Below, piece by piece: positions 10,301 to 22,335 of a DNA stretch of 64,000 bases. The stretch is taken from the NCBI GenBank assembly GCA_001642005.1, contig LWCA01000013.1, positions 1 through 64,000 of the forward strand, read 5' to 3'. The notes under the pieces were generated by a model that searched no databases, was not told the origin of the DNA, and worked only from the letters and a program-made list of their open reading frames with translations. The translations under genes and the position numbers were made by a program. The stretch's first letter is position 1, and each line of letters opens with the position of its first letter. This stretch comes from Intoshia linei (taxonomy: Eukaryota; Animalia; Orthonectida).

Positions 10301-13300
10301 TTATCATATGTAAAATACAAAATAATATTAAGAAAAGTTTTACTTTGTGACGACATTTCAGACTGTTTTCCGATGTTTGCAATTCTCATCTGAATAACAC
10401 CTTTTTCAATTAAATTTGAACTAACTTGACAGATATTGACTCCGTTTGTGGTCACATAATTTTCAATGTAATCAATTTCAATAACATCAACTTCACACGC
10501 TGTCATAACAGATTTTCGATTTTGCCTCAAAAGAGACTATAAATTGAATTAAAGTGGAATTAAAATAATATACAATAAAACCGGTGCATCTGTATGTGTG
10601 ACTAAATCAGGGGTACCAAAAGTGGCCGATATCGTTCCAGGGGCGATTAATTGAGTCAGAGTTGATTTAAAAAATATTATATAGTACATATATTAGTAGT
10701 ATATATTATATAATAGTATAATATAGAGTTGGCGTTGATGAATTTTTTGATTGATTTTTTGGTGGCAAGAGGAGATTTTTATCGCCAGTTTGGGATCCAC
10801 TGAGATAAATAGTGACACAGTAATAAATGTACAATTTTTATTAATATTAACTTCGGCTATCGACTTCGGAAATATCTCATAATGAGTTGAATCAAAAAAA
10901 ATTTAATGAATGATAAAAAAATTTAAAAAAATGGCTGCAGCATTGCGATGACGCAAAAGGGGTTAAAAAACTAATGTAAGGTGTAATTGGCAGATTAAGG
11001 TTATAATTAATTAATTAACAAATGAAATATAATAAAAGTAATTTTTTATTAATTCGAAAGATTATTCTAAAATTAATCCAAATCGACCGAATACAGGACA
11101 GTGTCGTGAGACACATTCGACATAAAAATGAATAATTAATACCTTTAATTCTAAAGAAAATGACCCAATGTATAATAATGAATCTGCATTCCAAATATCT
11201 ATATACATGCTTTGCTTTTTCATGTAATCTAAAAAATTTTCAACTTCTCCCAAATTCAAAAATTCTGGGTCCACATTAAAGTTGATCTATAAATTATATT
11301 ATATTTATATTATTAATAGTTCGTGTTATTGATAGTTATTGTATATTACTTGATATCCGGTTTGGTCAACAATTTCTCCATTTTTTTTTATTTTTTTAAA
11401 AAAATAGGTAGTTGTTTCACTGTCACTTTCGTAAATTCCATTAGATAAAAGTAATCTTTCCGTAGAAGTACAAGGGAATCGATAAAATTTGAATGTAAAA
11501 AATACAGTTTTTGTATTTTTTAATATATTTTCTTCGTTTTTGTTTCTAAAATTTTATTATACAATTATAATTAATTACAACTATACAATACTTTATTATT
11601 ATACAAGAATTTATCATTATACAATGAAAATAACAATATTCCGAAAATATCTATATTAGACATTTTCTGGTTATTACTACCCCGTTATCGTCAAAAATAT
11701 TTTAAAGCCAGTACACACTCGAAATTTTTCATTTAGTCGCCATATGCATATTATGCATGTCATGGCCATTAAATCTAAATAATATTAAAAATTTACATTA
11801 GGGTGTCACATTTACTTTAAATTTTGTCATTTTTCAAAACGTACCAGGTAGATCATGTGCATTTTTGAATAGAAACCATGTACATTGTACATGGACAATA
11901 TACACTGGATATTGTACAATCAGTACCGATAAGAAACATGAAATTTAACTCGATCGGCTCATACCCTCCCGTCTACATTTAAAAAATATTTTTATGCCAT
12001 ATCTGATCTTCGGGCCGTAAATAAGAGACATCAAAGGTTTAGTCCTTGATCCACAACAGTTATTTATATACGGTCAAGTGATTGGAAAGTGAGGTCCCAA
12101 AAAGCGAAAATTCACGAAAAATATATTTCGGCATGATTTTTTAATGACTATAATTTTTGGGTCAAATGGGGAAATTGTAAATAAAAATTGATTCGATTCA
12201 TAATTTCCAGAGATCCAATAATTTGAAATGATAAAATTTACACTTTAAATGTGAGAAATTGAAATATTATTTCATTAGTTTTTAAAGGATTCATTGCTTC
12301 GTAGTCTGCTACATATTCTTTTTCGGTATTAACGTCTATATTGGTTGGCAATTCACCATCAGTATCCAAAATTTGAGGAAATCCAGCTTCATAAATTCTG
12401 GCAAACGAAACTCTGTCAAGATTACGATTTCTAAATAAAATAATTTATTTATATTTTAATTGAACAAATCATTTTCATACATTAATAATACCGTATATGG
12501 ACGATTCCAGCTAGACGAATTTTTTTTTTAAAATGATAGCCTTATTTTTCCAAATTGAGTATTAAAAAAATTATATTCTTTAATATCATAACAATTATGT
12601 GTGATAAATTTAAAATATCAAGTATAGGGCCTTGAGAGGTCGTTAGGGATATATGACACTATGATATATGCAATGCAGTAGTAGTACAATGCAACACTGA
12701 ATAATTTCTGGAAACATTTTTTAGGGTCTATTTTTCATTTACGGGATAGTCTCGAACTTTGTTGGTCCGGCTCTAGATTCTACGTTTCGTTACTTACCAA
12801 TTGTTATTAACCTGTAAAATTATTATGATTATTCTTAACGTACTAATTAAATTCACTTTTAGTTATTGCCCTCATTGAAAATCAGTCATTACACGTCAGC
12901 TTAGCTACCAATTGATGATTAATAAATTATTTTATAATTGGGTTTTGATTTTTTTATAAATAGTTATTTATGTTTCTTTGCATTAGTTTTTTAGGTGGGA
13001 TTTATTTACATCACTATCATATTTTGTATTGTGACGTTTTGAATGCGTACCAAGGCCTGAGGTTAAAGATTCACTGCAGCATAACAGTTTTTAAACCTTA
13101 CACGCTGCTTTATCACTTTTATCTTCATATTTTATCCAAATGTTGGATATTATTCACTTAGTAATTTTTCTCGAGTACACTCACTAGATACAACTAATTT
13201 TATACAGAAAAACTGAAAATAATGAAAATTTTAAGTATTGAAAAAAATGGTTCTTTTCACAACTGATCCAAGGACCTCTTTTTCATATATGCTAAAGTGG

Positions 13301-16300
13301 TCCGGTTAATCTGTCCCTACGGTAAATATTACCTTGCTAAACCGGGAATGTCTGCTATAATTGGATAATTTTTCATAACGGCGCTTGTTTCCACCATTTC
13401 AGTAGTTATACTTGGCTATAAATTTAATTAAAAATCGTGACTCACTATATTATATTGTAGAGACTTACAATTAACATTGTTACTTTGTCGAAATAGATAA
13501 ACCCTTTTTGGTCTTATTTTTAAGAATCTAAAGTAATTGCTGTGACGGATTTAGGCGATTGGGTAGAAAAATAAATTAACCTAAAAAAATTTCATGGTTT
13601 GCCTAAAAAGAGAGCTAACTTTACTAAAATGACTGAAATAATGACAAAATACATTGTACAATATAAACTGAAAATCCCTGTCTGAATTTAAAGTTTTGAC
13701 ATACTGCGTGTTGAACTTCCTGTTGCGTGTATAATTCTGGAGGAACAAAAACTCTTGGAGATATTTGCATCATATTTGATTGAGCAAATTTCAAATCATT
13801 TGGACTTGCAACTTGTGACAACTTGACTTGACGATTCTCTAAAGATAAATGGGATGTTGCAGATAATTGATCTGGTCTATTAATTTTTAATTAAATTTTG
13901 ATAATAAATCATAATACGCATAAAGGGGTGGTGTAGAGCTAAATTTTTTCAAAGTTTCTATAGTTTCCGACAATTTAGTAGAATTTACCATTTTGGAGTC
14001 TGATAACACTGACCGTGGTGAAACTGGCACTGAATTTTGCATCTACAATAAATGAAAATATAGAAATATCATTCGTAAATTTTTAATGTTACAATTACCT
14101 TTGCCTCATTATAAAAATTAAATGATAGAATAGCATTTAAAGCGGAATCTACATCTATAACGGGAGTAGCTATTTTTGTTGAATCAGGATTTCCTTTGCT
14201 CTTAGAAAACAAATCAATAATGACATTCTCGATATTACCACATTGACTTGGATGCCATCTCCCGTATAATACTGTATGCGTATATCCACGACGGTGTGCA
14301 ACCTGAAAATGTTAATTTTTTAATTTTCGATATAATTTACAATATGAATTACTGTTTTTTCAAAATCTTCCTCAAATGTATAAAGAATCATAAATATTAT
14401 AGCCAAAGATGTATCTTCAAAATAACAATCAAAATTGAGTCGTTTTTTAAAAGATAAACAACTATTTTCCTTTATAGTCATTGAACTAGTTTTAGCATGC
14501 AGAGTTTTTCGACGGCTTTTTTTTCTTAAATTAGAACTTTCATCTTCAATTGATAATTCTACTACATCTGGTTTATCAACATAACACCAACCATTATGCA
14601 AGCCTATTTGACATTTTCTTTCTAAAACTGTTAATCCAATACAGTTTTCAGTTAATTGGTTATTTTCGTTCATATCACGAAAAATCGTTTGGCATAATTT
14701 TTCTTCATATACTGCCAATAATTGTTTACATTTTATATTCAGTTTTTCAATATGAATTGTAGATGTTTTAATTGTTAGACATTTTTTGAGTGAATTAGCT
14801 GTTGCAGCAATAGAGTTTGTTTTACAGAGACCTGGTATTGTGTCATTTGTTCCTATTACTGTATTTTCGGGGAATAAGTGATAAAGAGATTCCATAGAAT
14901 TATGCGTTCGTGTCAGTATTGAAATAGTCATTTCCTTTAATACCATTAATAAATTATCGTCTAAATGGTAACAATAATACCAAAATAATTATTTATAATC
15001 ACGGTTAGGTCATTTGATAATTGCATCTTATCAACTTACTAATCAAAAAATTATTGCGGTACCGTGATGTTATCAGCAAATGATTTTAATAGAATTTAGA
15101 AAAGGTATATGTTGCATAGAATTTGTACAACTGTGAAATGTACACATTCCACGGGCAAGTCGTAAAATGTGTAAAATTTTTATTTATAGTTTAATTTTAG
15201 GTTTTAAAAATTTTTTTGAACATAACTTTAAGGGGTTGTTTTTTTATCAATTTTTTTGAACTAAATTTGAATGGGAGCTTATAGGATTTTTTTTGAACCA
15301 AACTTAAAAACCACCTTTTAGTGATTGTGCCGGAGAAAAAAACCGGGACAATATTCCCGGGATTTTTACGATTTCCCGAGATTTCCCGAAAATTGAAATA
15401 TCAAAATTGAGACATATCTGTATTTGATTTATGTTTGCTATTACTATGAAAATATGATTCATTTATAATATTTACTAATTTACCATTTCAAAAATCCCAC
15501 CACTAATAAAATTTAATCAAAAATACCATTGTAGGCCCTCATGGAAAAATTAACTTACACCGATATTCTTTTCAAAAATCCGATTGTACGAAATTTTATG
15601 AAAAAAATCCACTTCATCAAACCACAAATAAAAAATCTAATTTTCTAGCCCTTAATGGAAAAATATCCTTTTTCCAATACTTTTTTTAAAAACCACTTTT
15701 TCCAACAAACAAATTACTAACGCTTAAGGGAATTATCCTCTTTTTCCAATATTATTTTGAAAAATATTATGAGTTGTTACGAACTGGAACGCTATCATCA
15801 AGATTGTTAAAATTAAAGGAACCCTTATGACCGTTCAACCTACGTAAACACAAAATAAGAGAAATTTCTTTACTGCTTCTAATTTCGTTACAAAAAGTAG
15901 AACGCGTTATCAAGACGTTTAAAATTTGTAAATTTCAATCTAAGATTCGTATTATTTAATTAATTAAATTTCTTTTTATTTCTAAAATTAATTAAGGTCT
16001 CTAAAATTTTTAATGCTTCTATATTATATATAAATAAAAATTTGTTATTTTTCCCGGGAAATCACAATCATAAACCCCATAAAGTTTTTTTCAAAAAAAA
16101 ATTCTAGAACCCAAAATAAAACTGAAATTAAAATATATAGTAAAATTTTACACATTCTAAGTAATATTCATAAAATGTACACATTCTACGAGTTATCTAT
16201 GAAATGTATACATTCTACGACTTGCCCATGAAATGTGTACATTTCAGTTTTATACATTCTATACGACATATATAAAGTTTTGAACCAGATGAATTGAAAC

Positions 16301-17713
16301 GGTCTTGAAAATAATAAAAACATTTTATCAAATCACTTGTATGTTAAAAATTGACCTTATTAATAAATTTAAAAACTTAAATAGGTTAGTTCAAAAATGA
16401 AAAAATTTTACTATAATAATTACAAGTCGATTTATTACGTTTTTATTAAAAATTTTTTAATGTTGTTTAAAAATTTCGCTTTAATGATCCGCGATATATT
16501 TTTTAATTTATTACCTTGCCGCCGTGAAATAAGAATGGGAACCCCTGTTAAAGTGTATCTGATAGGTCACCTTACTTTTTTTTCGTGGATTTTTAAAATT
16601 TTTTTAATTAATTCAATCAAAATAATAAAATTAGACTAGTAAACGTTAATTTTGTTCAACACCAATTCTCTGTTCTGTAATTTTTTTAGTTTTTATGAAT
16701 TTTTATACATGTATATTCCAGTGATAAATAAATTGATAAATACCATCTTCCATGTTTTCCAATTGTAAAAGTGCATTACTTGAACCAATGTAAACTTGAT
16801 ATCTATGATTCACACAGATTATTAGTTAGTTTATAATATATATGTAGCACCAATTATTACTTTATCTTCAACCAAAATACAAAATTGTAAAAATAAGTAG
16901 TTTCATAATGAAAATCATCAAATATTACCTGTATCACAAATTATTTAATTTGGCGCAATTGATACAAGTTGCTAAAGAATTATAAATTTAAAAATTTTAA
17001 TCAATTTATAGCGCAATTTGATCAATTTACAAAGACAGGTAATATTCATATTTTTACAATATTAATTAATAAGTTTGTATATTTTAAAATAGATTCGTTT
17101 TTGGTAATTTTTTTGATAATTATCGAATTTTATCTAGAAAGTGATATAATCTGAGTAAAAAAATTTTATCAAGATTAAATTTTTTTGTAATTTTTAGATT
17201 TTCATTTTCCATGAATTTTAAAAGATTTTTAGAGTAAAGTAGTTTACCAAATTATTACCTTTTAGGCGAATTCTTTTTAGTTGAAGTAACATCATCAAAC
17301 CCATTTTTATCGTTTAATTTTATAAAAGTCCAACCAATGAGTTGTTCAGATTCGGAATTAATTTTAAAAAATTCAATAGTTAGCAAAGTTTGATTGCAAA
17401 ATTTGGTAGGACAATAAAAATATAAATTTTGATTATAAGCAATATTTAAGCTTTTTTTGTCAATTTTATGAGAAATGACAGGTAGACAACTTTGTCTACC
17501 AAAAAAAACTTTTTGTTCAGTATTGAATAAAGCCGCTGTAGCAAAAAAGTCGATTGATTTGTTTGATTTCGCACCCACGTCATAATCAACCTGCTTTAGA
17601 GTAACACAGAAAGGCGTAAAATGATCATCATAGATATCACATTCTGCACTATTTGGTAAATAACTAGCTGTTTCGTGTATGTGTTCCCACATTTCGCCAT
17701 CTAGAACGTTCAT
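7400..17713 (-). CDS. NPHP4: Nephrocystin-4, ciliary transition-zone protein (multi-exon)
   Basis: Motifs HLFPENTVIGTNDTIPGL, VLERKCQIGLHNGWCYVDKPDVVEL, VDPEFL..MYIDIWNADSLLYIGS, MGVSEFFEFPFQNPFN, LKPKEKVFIPFKY and C-terminal EILLFINDEEDKNEETFCIRVFFT* match NPHP4. First ATG 17713, stop 7400-7402. Internal exon boundaries are not all resolved. Confidence 0.93.
10608..10802. mobile_element. hAT-like MITE in an NPHP4 intron
   Basis: Imperfect TIRs CAGGGGTACCAAAAGTGG / CCAGTTTGGGATCCACTG; flanks gactaaat/agataaat resemble an 8-bp TSD. Confidence 0.55.
15106..16272. mobile_element. MITE with long TIRs and ~30-bp subterminal repeats, interrupted by a nested hAT element
   Basis: TATATGTTGCATAGAAT...GAAATGTACACATTCCACGGGCAAGTCGTA at the left is inverted at 16211-16272 (TACGACTTGCCCATGAAATGTGTACATTTC...ATTCTATACGACATATA). 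Confidence 0.7.
15319..16072 (+). mobile_element. Non-autonomous hAT element (TAGTGATTGTG family), nested copy
   Basis: Closely similar to 57489-58242 along its length; TIR TAGTGATTGTG...CACAATCA; decayed C-terminal dimerisation-domain sequence. Confidence 0.85.
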
Positions 17714-17749
17714 TTTAAATTTGAAAATATTATCGCTAATAAACAAATT

Positions 17750-17798
17750 TTATTTGTTTATCGGGTTTGGCAACTGATACCGTGAATTATTTGTTTAT
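17750..17798. promoter_or_regulatory. Candidate ciliary-gene promoter module upstream of NPHP4: RFX X-box half-site flanked by two forkhead-like sites
   Basis: TGGCAAC at 17768-17774 lies between two copies of TTATTTGTTTAT (17750-17761, 17787-17798), 37-85 nt upstream of the NPHP4 ATG. Only a half X-box, in AT-rich context. Confidence 0.35.
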
Positions 17799-17822
17799 TT
17801 AAATGGTTTATTTACAATAATA

Positions 17823-19140
17823 TTAATCATCTCCAAAAATTTCTAAAATTAGCCTTTTAGCTTCATCTTTACATTTTTCCATATCCATTTCTTCGTCTTC
17901 AAATGAATGATTTAATGTTATTGTAACTTCGACTTCGACTTCAATAGATTGTTGATTGTGCGTTTCGATAATATTTTTGATATTTTTTATTGTTGGTTTT
18001 GATACGTCGGATATTTTTGAGATTTCATCTACTAAAGTATGTTAAGTAATTAGTAATTTATTAAGTTACGTTTAGGGTAATTTATGTATCTTTTGATAAT
18101 AAGGTATATGCATGCGGCAGCTATGGAAGATGTGTGTCTTCTAAATATGTTTATACTATAAATATTTTAAATGTACATTGTAAAACAGTGTTTCCGGGAT
18201 CATGATCAATTATTACAATAAATGCTAAGAAAAATTTCAGTTTCAAAAATTTGAAGAGTAACATAATAAAAGGGTTTGAAACCACCATTATAGAATATAT
18301 TTGACATGTTATATTTTATAATATTTACCCTTGTAATTCTACTACATCTGAAATAGTTCTTGATATTTCTATGCATTGTGTGTAAATTTTTTTGTTTAGA
18401 TTCAACAGGGCACAATATCGATGAATATATTGGTTTATAGTTGGTGAAACCATTCTTATATTTAGTAGTTGAGTTATTTTAAGGATTTGTATTCTGATGG
18501 ATTTAATTGAGAAACTATAGGCTTTTGATATTTCTAAATACACATGTATTAAAACATGACTTTGACCAATCCAATTTTAAAATTATTTCAAAATTTCAAA
18601 TTTACCTTGATACGAAATGGCATAATTATTTTTACGGCTTGAAATGAATAAACAGGAAATAATTTTTTTTGATAAAGACACATGTTGAAGTGTTGAGTAA
18701 TTTTCTGATATCAAATTTGTCATCATTTTCTTTGTTTCCATCTATAATTGGATTAAAATGTTAAAATATAAAAATATTGTATATCATTATATTACAATAG
18801 TTTTATCGCTGATACATATCCGATCAGGCAGCATTTTAATTAATTTATCCATTTCTTGATCCAAATTTGTCATAATTTTCTAAATAACTTTTAAATGAAT
18901 TATTTTCTTCAAAAATAATATACTATATTTTATTATAATTTAATAATTACGATAACGCTTCCTTTGTTCTTGTATTCTATTTTTTCAACAGATTTGCTTT
19001 GTTTTGATTCCATACTTGGTAGAATTTTCGATGAAATTTGGCGCCAATTTTTGTAAATAGTCATTTCGAAGCATTTTCTCAATTCTGGACATAAATGTTA
19101 TCATGTATCCATTAGTGTTTATATATTTAATTATTGACAT
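17823..19140 (-). CDS. Divergent TFIIB-family (TFIIB/BRF-like) factor with two cyclin-fold repeats and a degenerate N-terminal zinc ribbon
   Basis: Spliced product includes NWRQISS (cf. B-reader EWRTFS), MLPDRICISDKTI (cf. MADRINLPRNIV), ISCLFISSRKNNYAISYQEIS (cf. [20 protein letters not shown]), YIHRYCALLNL, GRHTSSIAAACIYL (cf. GRSPISVAAAAIYM) and EISKISDVSKPTIK. The 5' end is uncertain: ATG 19140 is out of frame with the main frame; first in-frame ATG is 19064. Confidence 0.75.
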
Positions 19141-20000
19141 TATTTGTTTATTCGCTGTGCTGTAATACTTAATCTCAGATTTTAAATTTAGTTATTTTGT
19201 TAAATATAGATCAAATCCTTGATTTCCTATCGCTGTTACAATTGCGTTGAAATTTCAATTCAATTTTAAATCAGTTCTACTCATTCCAATGTTTCATTGA
19301 CCGTTTTTTATCAGATAGCTATAACAATAAATCAAGGATTTTTTTGATATTTTGGCTTATATTAAAAAAAAATTTTCATCTTACTATGGTCACCAAAAAT
19401 TGACTATTTTATGGAGAACTGTGTCAACATTTTTTTGTACTTTTAAAAATAACCCCGTGCTGTATACAGATATAAACATAATTGAATCTCAAAACGATTG
19501 TGTATGTTAATCCCATTTAAAACAAACTTTTTTTTTACGGTTAACGGTAATATTCTCTGATGAGTTAAAAACAATTTATTTCATCAATTTAGACAATGTT
19601 ATAAATTTAGAAGAATAAGAATCCTTAAATATTGTTTCTATTATGAAATCATTTTTTGATTTCGTTTTTTAATATCATCACAAGTAATATTGGATGCACC
19701 ATTAAAATATTTTGGCTTACAATATTTTTTGTAGTAGCTTGGAGTGAATATTGGTTTGTAGCCAACTAAGACTTTAATTTACATCATAACATCATCTGGT
19801 GTAAACACCATCAAATGTTTTTCAGACAGTTACACATGATTTAAATATATGTGGTACAGTCAATTCTCCAGAGATGAACATTTATATATTGAAAATTATT
19901 TTTTGATTTGAACAAAAATAAATAATCAAAATTGAAAATATCTCTGTTAGAAAAAATTTTCAAGTTGAACAAAAATAGGCCATCGAGAAATATAACGAAA

Positions 20001-20430
20001 CTAGGTTGACTGCTATGTACTACGTATAAACAAGACCTAGCTCTGCCGAGGGCACATTTTTATTATACTTTAAAAATAAATTCACGTTGAAAATCTAATT
20101 TAAAAATCCTACTATTCACTATTATCAATTCTTTAAAGGAGTGGTTCCCAAATTTGTTTCAGGTGGAACCATCATATCACATTACATTTTACTTTAAAGT
20201 GAATTATTCCATTTTAATTTTTAAAATTAAAATTAAGAATTGTTTATGTTAATTTGAAAAATATTGGTGGATAATATATTAAAAATTATTTTTCACCAGG
20301 AATGCGTAAATTTCTGGGGTTGAAATTTTGTATTTATATCAAATGAAATAGGCTCTATCAGAATAATCTTATGTTTAATTGTTGAACCGTTAATTATTTC
20401 ACATTTTTTGTTTTAATAAAATATTTCGGA
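20001..20430 (-). mobile_element. Helitron-family non-autonomous copy (3' part)
   Basis: CTAG terminus at 20001 plus hairpin remnant TGTACTACGTATA; body matches 37600-37810 and 34550-34740. Confidence 0.7.
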
Positions 20431-20844
20431 AAAGAAATATAATATTATATAATCAAATTACTAACATATGTCGTTATCACATGGAATTACCCCTATATAA
20501 TATATATCATTATAAACTGTATTTAGCATCAAAGGAATTATGATGTGGTTTACCAGTGACATTTTATAAACTATCCAATTTAATCGAGATGGCTCTGAAT
20601 TAATATTTTTTTTGATTGACTTTTATATCATACCAAAAAAATGTAACCGTTAAGTAAATTTTTGTTAAGTGGGCCTGAGATTTTTATAAGAGTGAAAGGT
20701 AGTCAAAGCTTAGAAAAAGTTTAGAAACCCAGGGTTGAATGTACCATATTTTTGAATGTTGTCAACATCTGATGTTATCAGCGATTGAGCCATCATTATT
20801 ATAAATAAACAGGTTCAATAAATACAAAATAATTTATATACAAT

Positions 20845-21060
20845 TTAATGTATTTTTCCTCTTTTATTCACAACTTCATATAATATATTCACTAAGTTTT
20901 GATAAACACACCTTGATGAATATTTTTCCATTTTCTTAATAAGTAATTTCAAACGATCAATGTTATCAAATTGTCTGGCATTTTTATACAATAACCAATA
21001 AATACGACCAACGTCGATGATCAAGAACCAATAACAAAAAAATTGGAACTATGTTGATAG
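20845..21060 (-). pseudogene. Tc1/Tc3-like transposase C-terminal remnant
   Basis: Frameshifted minus-strand translation YKNARQFDNIDRLKLLIKK / WKNIHQ / LVNILYEVVNKRGKIH resembles the Tc1/Tc3 C-terminus (VY.NGRQF.....LK.AI...W..I......L.EV....G). Confidence 0.5.
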
Positions 21061-21551
21061 CGCGTATTATATGATCGACGATAAGGATACTTTAGTGGTT
21101 ATGTGATAAAATAGTATTTTTAAATGAATTGATTGATTCCAATTAATTAGTCAAAATTGGAACTTCTAATCCCAGATTATAACGTTAAGTTAGACTTGTA
21201 AAATTTGGTACATGTAAATCCAATAACATTATGAATGAAAAAAGAACTGAAAAGTATGTTCCCCTAAGGGTGACGTTTAATAAATTAAGTTTAATAGTTC
21301 AAATGTACACACCATTAAATTTGTGCAGATAATTTACAAATAACTTGATCTAGATATAGTAAAGAGGATCTAATAAATTGTTTAAATCAATTGTTGCATT
21401 GATTAGCATAAATCGTCGTAGTAAAAATAAAAAACAAAGAAAATACATAAAATAACGAAATTAAAATTTAATAAATATTAATTTCAATTGGGGTATAATT
21501 TATATTAATGAAATTAAATTATTATCTAGGAACTTATTTAAAAAAATCAAA

Positions 21552-22264
21552 ATGAGGTGTCCCCAGATACCAAACGGTAAACGGTGTATTTCTAACGAAG
21601 GTATATTATTTTATAATTAACAAATTGTTAAATTTCAATATTTAGAAAATTTAAATTTATACTTAAAATACTTATTGGACACTCCAAACAATTTAAATGT
21701 TTACCAAAAAGTTAATTACAACCAAGACAGAACACAGGAATATAACAAGCCATATAAATTATTTAGCAATAACCAAGAAAAATTAAAATTTGCAACTACT
21801 CAAAAAAAAAGACAAACCAAGTCAAAATCAATTCACCATTACAATGAAAAATTTAACAAATCGGTTAATATGTATGGTTGGAAAATGCTTATTCCTGGGG
21901 ACCCACTTAATTTAAAGTAATTCAAACAAACTTTAACACCTGGTTAATCTAAATGAGATAAGTCTCACTAGAAACAGATTAATGAAATCTGATTTACATA
22001 AACCTATTAAATTAAATATTTAGAAAACCCTGCATAATACCTCGAGCAACCTATCAAACTCCATGTAAAGTGAAATCTCGAGTATACAACCCACCAGTTT
22101 TACACAAAGAATTTAAGAGCGTCATGTTTTACCAGACATCTGACCCCAAAAAATATTCATATATAATACATCCCTCTTGGACATCTGAAAATTACAAAGC
22201 ACCAAATCAAAATAAATGTAGAGATGCCAACTTTAGATACGTTTCATCAAATTTTGTTTATTAA
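21552..22264 (+). CDS. Hypothetical basic protein (~185 aa, 3 exons)
   Basis: Exons 21552-21600, 21646-21916 and 22024-22264 join in frame with GT-AG introns. Contains GWKMLIPGDPL and YIIHPSWTSE; family not recognised. Confidence 0.65.
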
Positions 22265-22335
22265 TCAATTTACAATTTATACTCACATTTAAAGTATTTT
22301 AACTATTTGTCTTTATTTTTGCAATTTTTTTTAAA

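Noticed and set aside
10848-10966. piggyBac-like MITE (TTAA ... GGGGTTAA)
   Set aside because: The left end does not form a convincing TIR, and TTAA is very common at this AT content.
16150-16245. ~30-bp repeats resembling a CRISPR array
   Set aside because: Degenerate tandem subterminal repeats of a MITE with no unique spacers, in a eukaryotic context with no cas genes.
19512-20673. CCCA-terminated element enclosing the 20001 Helitron fragment
   Set aside because: Putative TIRs (CCCATTTAAAACAAA / TTTTTGTTAAGTGGG) are too degenerate and there is no TSD.
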